The translations under genes were made by a program, and so were the position numbers. The notes beneath the pieces were generated by a model that was not told the origin of the DNA, did no database searches, and was given only the letters and a program-made list of their open reading frames with translations. Of a DNA stretch of 64,000 nt, positions 62,164 to 64,000 are shown in pieces. Positions within the stretch are counted from its first letter, which is position 1, and each line of letters starts with the position of its first letter. Source of the stretch: Candidatus Bathyarchaeia archaeon (lineage in GTDB: Archaea; Thermoproteota; Bathyarchaeia; Bathyarchaeales; Bathycorpusculaceae); assembly GCA_050015395.1 (NCBI GenBank), contig JBEKBM010000002.1:76719-140718 (forward strand), in the 5' to 3' direction.

Positions 62164-63456
62164 CTATCCTTGTAGAATTTTCCCGTTTATTCTCTTCTTT
62201 TTTGCGGCGATTACAGCAAATGCAGCACATGCCATAATGGCAACTAATGAAAAAGCGAGCGCTTGGTTAGGAAACTCTGGAATTGTTGGAGAAGGCACGG
62301 GTGGGGATGGTTGAGGAACCGTAATTGCACCAAAAGCGTACATGTCATAGTCGTTTGAGCCTACGTAGACAACTCCGTTGGCAACCGCAGGGGATGAATC
62401 TACAAGATTAAGGGTCCCATAAGTCCATATTGTGGTGCCCGTTGTAGCGTTCAAAGCGTACACGTTGTCGTCGTCTGAGCCAATGTAGACCACGCCGTTG
62501 GCAACCGCGGGAGAAGACTCCACCTGGTTACCTGTGTTGTAGCTCCATATTTTACTGCCTGATGCAGCGTTCAAAGCGTACACGTTGTCGTCCGTTGAAC
62601 CAATGTAAACCACACCATTAGCAACGGCGGGACAAGAATCCACAGAATTGCCTGTGCCGAAGACCCATATTTCGCTGCCTGTTGCAGCGCTCAAAGCGTA
62701 CACGTTGTAGTCGTCTGAGCCAATGTAGACTATGCCGTTGGCAACCGCAGGAGAGGAATCTACTTCGTCACCCGTTTCATAACTCCATATTTTGCTGCCT
62801 GTTGCGGCGTTCAAAGCGTAAACATAGTCATCTTCTGAGCCAACGTAAACCACACCATTAACAACCGCGGGAGACGAAACCACAGAACTGCCTGTGCTGT
62901 AGCTCCATATTTTGATGCCTGTTGTAGCGTTTAAAGCGTATACGTTGTTGTCGTCTGAGCCGATGTAGACTATGCCGTTGGCAACTGCGGGAGAAGACTC
63001 CACCTTGTCGCCGGTTCCATAGCTCCATATTTTGCTGCCTGTTGCGGCGTTCAAAGCGTAAACCTTGTGGTCCTCTGAGCCAATGTAGACCACGCCGTTG
63101 GCGACCGCAGGGGAAGAATCCACAGAACTGCCGGTCTTGTAACTCCAGATGTATGCACTGGTTGCAGCGTTCAAAGCGTAAACATAGTGGTCATCTGAGC
63201 CAACATAAACCACCCCGTTTATAACGGCAGGAGAAGAATAACCTATAGAATTGCCGGTCGTGTAATTCCATAGGAGTTGGTTTGTGAGTGGCGCTGTTGA
63301 AGTGGAGTAGCCTGTGTGCGTTAGGTCATGACGGAATGTGGGCCACCAGTCCACGGTAGACTGCTGCGCCTTCACGTTTGGCGCGAAAACTGAAAACATC
63401 GATAAACACAAAAGCCCTATAATGATCACGCTTAATATTCCCTTCATTTGCGTCAA
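62164..63456 (-). CDS. Surface PQQ-like beta-propeller repeat protein with PEF-CTERM-like sorting signal
   Basis: Signal peptide; eight 40-aa SSPAVANGVVYIGS.D..VYALNA.TG..IW repeats; IPEF + TM + basic tail. Confidence 0.9.
   Translation of the reverse strand: MTQMKGILSVIIIGLLCLSMFSVFAPNVKAQQSTVDWWPTFRHDLTHTGYSTSTAPLTNQLLWNYTTGNSIGYSSPAVINGVVYVGSDDHYVYALNAATSAYIWSYKTGSSVDSSPAVANGVVYIGSEDHKVYALNAATGSKIWSYGTGDKVESSPAVANGIVYIGSDDNNVYALNATTGIKIWSYSTGSSVVSSPAVVNGVVYVGSEDDYVYALNAATGSKIWSYETGDEVDSSPAVANGIVYIGSDDYNVYALSAATGSEIWVFGTGNSVDSCPAVANGVVYIGSTDDNVYALNAASGSKIWSYNTGNQVESSPAVANGVVYIGSDDDNVYALNATTGTTIWTYGTLNLVDSSPAVANGVVYVGSNDYDMYAFGAITVPQPSPPVPSPTIPEFPNQALAFSLVAIMACAAFAVIAAKKKRINGKILQG
62340..63270 (-). 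repeat. 120-bp tandem coding repeats
   Basis: Recurring GCGTTCAAAGCGTA at a 120-bp period. Confidence 0.9.
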
Positions 63457-63668
63457 TCCTCAAGAAATTCACAGTTAACTTACTTACGTAAAAATGAAGC
63501 TTTTAAAATTTTCTATTTAGAAAACGCGAGTTGCCGCCAGGTTCGCCTAGCGCGGCGCGCATGGTGTCCCAAATTTAATAACGAAGATATTGAAGAAATA
63601 GCAGACAGCTTTTTGCTTGATTGCGGGTGCGGTCTAATCGTCTGCTTTGAAGTACCCGAACTGGTAAT

Positions 63669-63830
63669 TTAGGATGAACTTGCTGTTGCCGTTAATCCGC
63701 CGCCTGACGTACTGGTTGTAAGAGAAACTTTACCAGTGAATCCGTCTAACGCTGTTATCGTCGAGGTTCCCTGCGAGTCGCTTCTAATGCTCATGCTATT
63801 CGGCGACGTGGAAATGGAGAAGTCAGGCCC
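63669..63830 (-). pseudogene. Remnant of a Ser/Thr-rich surface (Ig-like) domain
   Basis: Reverse strand reads PDFSISTSPNSMSI...TITALDGFTGKVSL with no start context. Confidence 0.45.
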
Positions 63831-64000
63831 CAACTAATTGGACTATTACACTTAGCCCGACTTCACTTACCGTGCGCGCATAAGTGTTCATTAATTGTTT
63901 TTAGGCTGATTTCTTCTAATGAAGCTTGTTCTTGGTTTAGTTAAGTTTTTAGAGATGAGAATGTCAATGGATAGCTGAAACAAGCCTTAATGGAGGTGAT

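Noticed and set aside
62340-63270. Periodic repeats as a CRISPR array
   Set aside because: The 120-bp period is in frame within a protein, there are no unique spacers, and no cas genes are present.

Overview
Archaeal chromosomal window. Gene content (TACK-type tRNAs with a canonical intron, HdrA-MvhD fusion, eL22-like protein, PEF-CTERM-like surface protein) suggests Bathyarchaeia, which is an inference. 1-15.5 kb is a partly decayed surface-glycosylation locus (glycosyltransferases, methyltransferases, WbqC, flippase, several pseudogenes). It is followed by polyferredoxin-hdrA/mvhD, catalase, tyrS, apgM, an nrdR-nrdD-nrdG operon with tandem NrdR boxes, korAB, a tandem bacterioferritin and a nurA-herA pair. 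There are three tRNA genes (Arg-TCG with intron, Ile-GAT, Ser-GCT). Two integrase-less islets are bounded by tRNA 3'-end duplications: a redox/nitrosative-stress cluster at tRNA-Arg and an ABC-ATPase + TOPRIM-like pair at tRNA-Ser. The most unusual signal is in two AT-rich accessory tracts (19.4-22.3 kb and 32.3-35.9 kb). There, unrelated single ORFs, several defence-like, each sit behind a copy of the same ~45-54 bp leader (GATAAGTCTTAAATCTGAATAGCGTAGAAATAGCCTAAAC-ATG), and two share a 53-bp downstream element. This resembles an uncharacterised gene-cassette system. All comparisons were made by eye, with no database searches.
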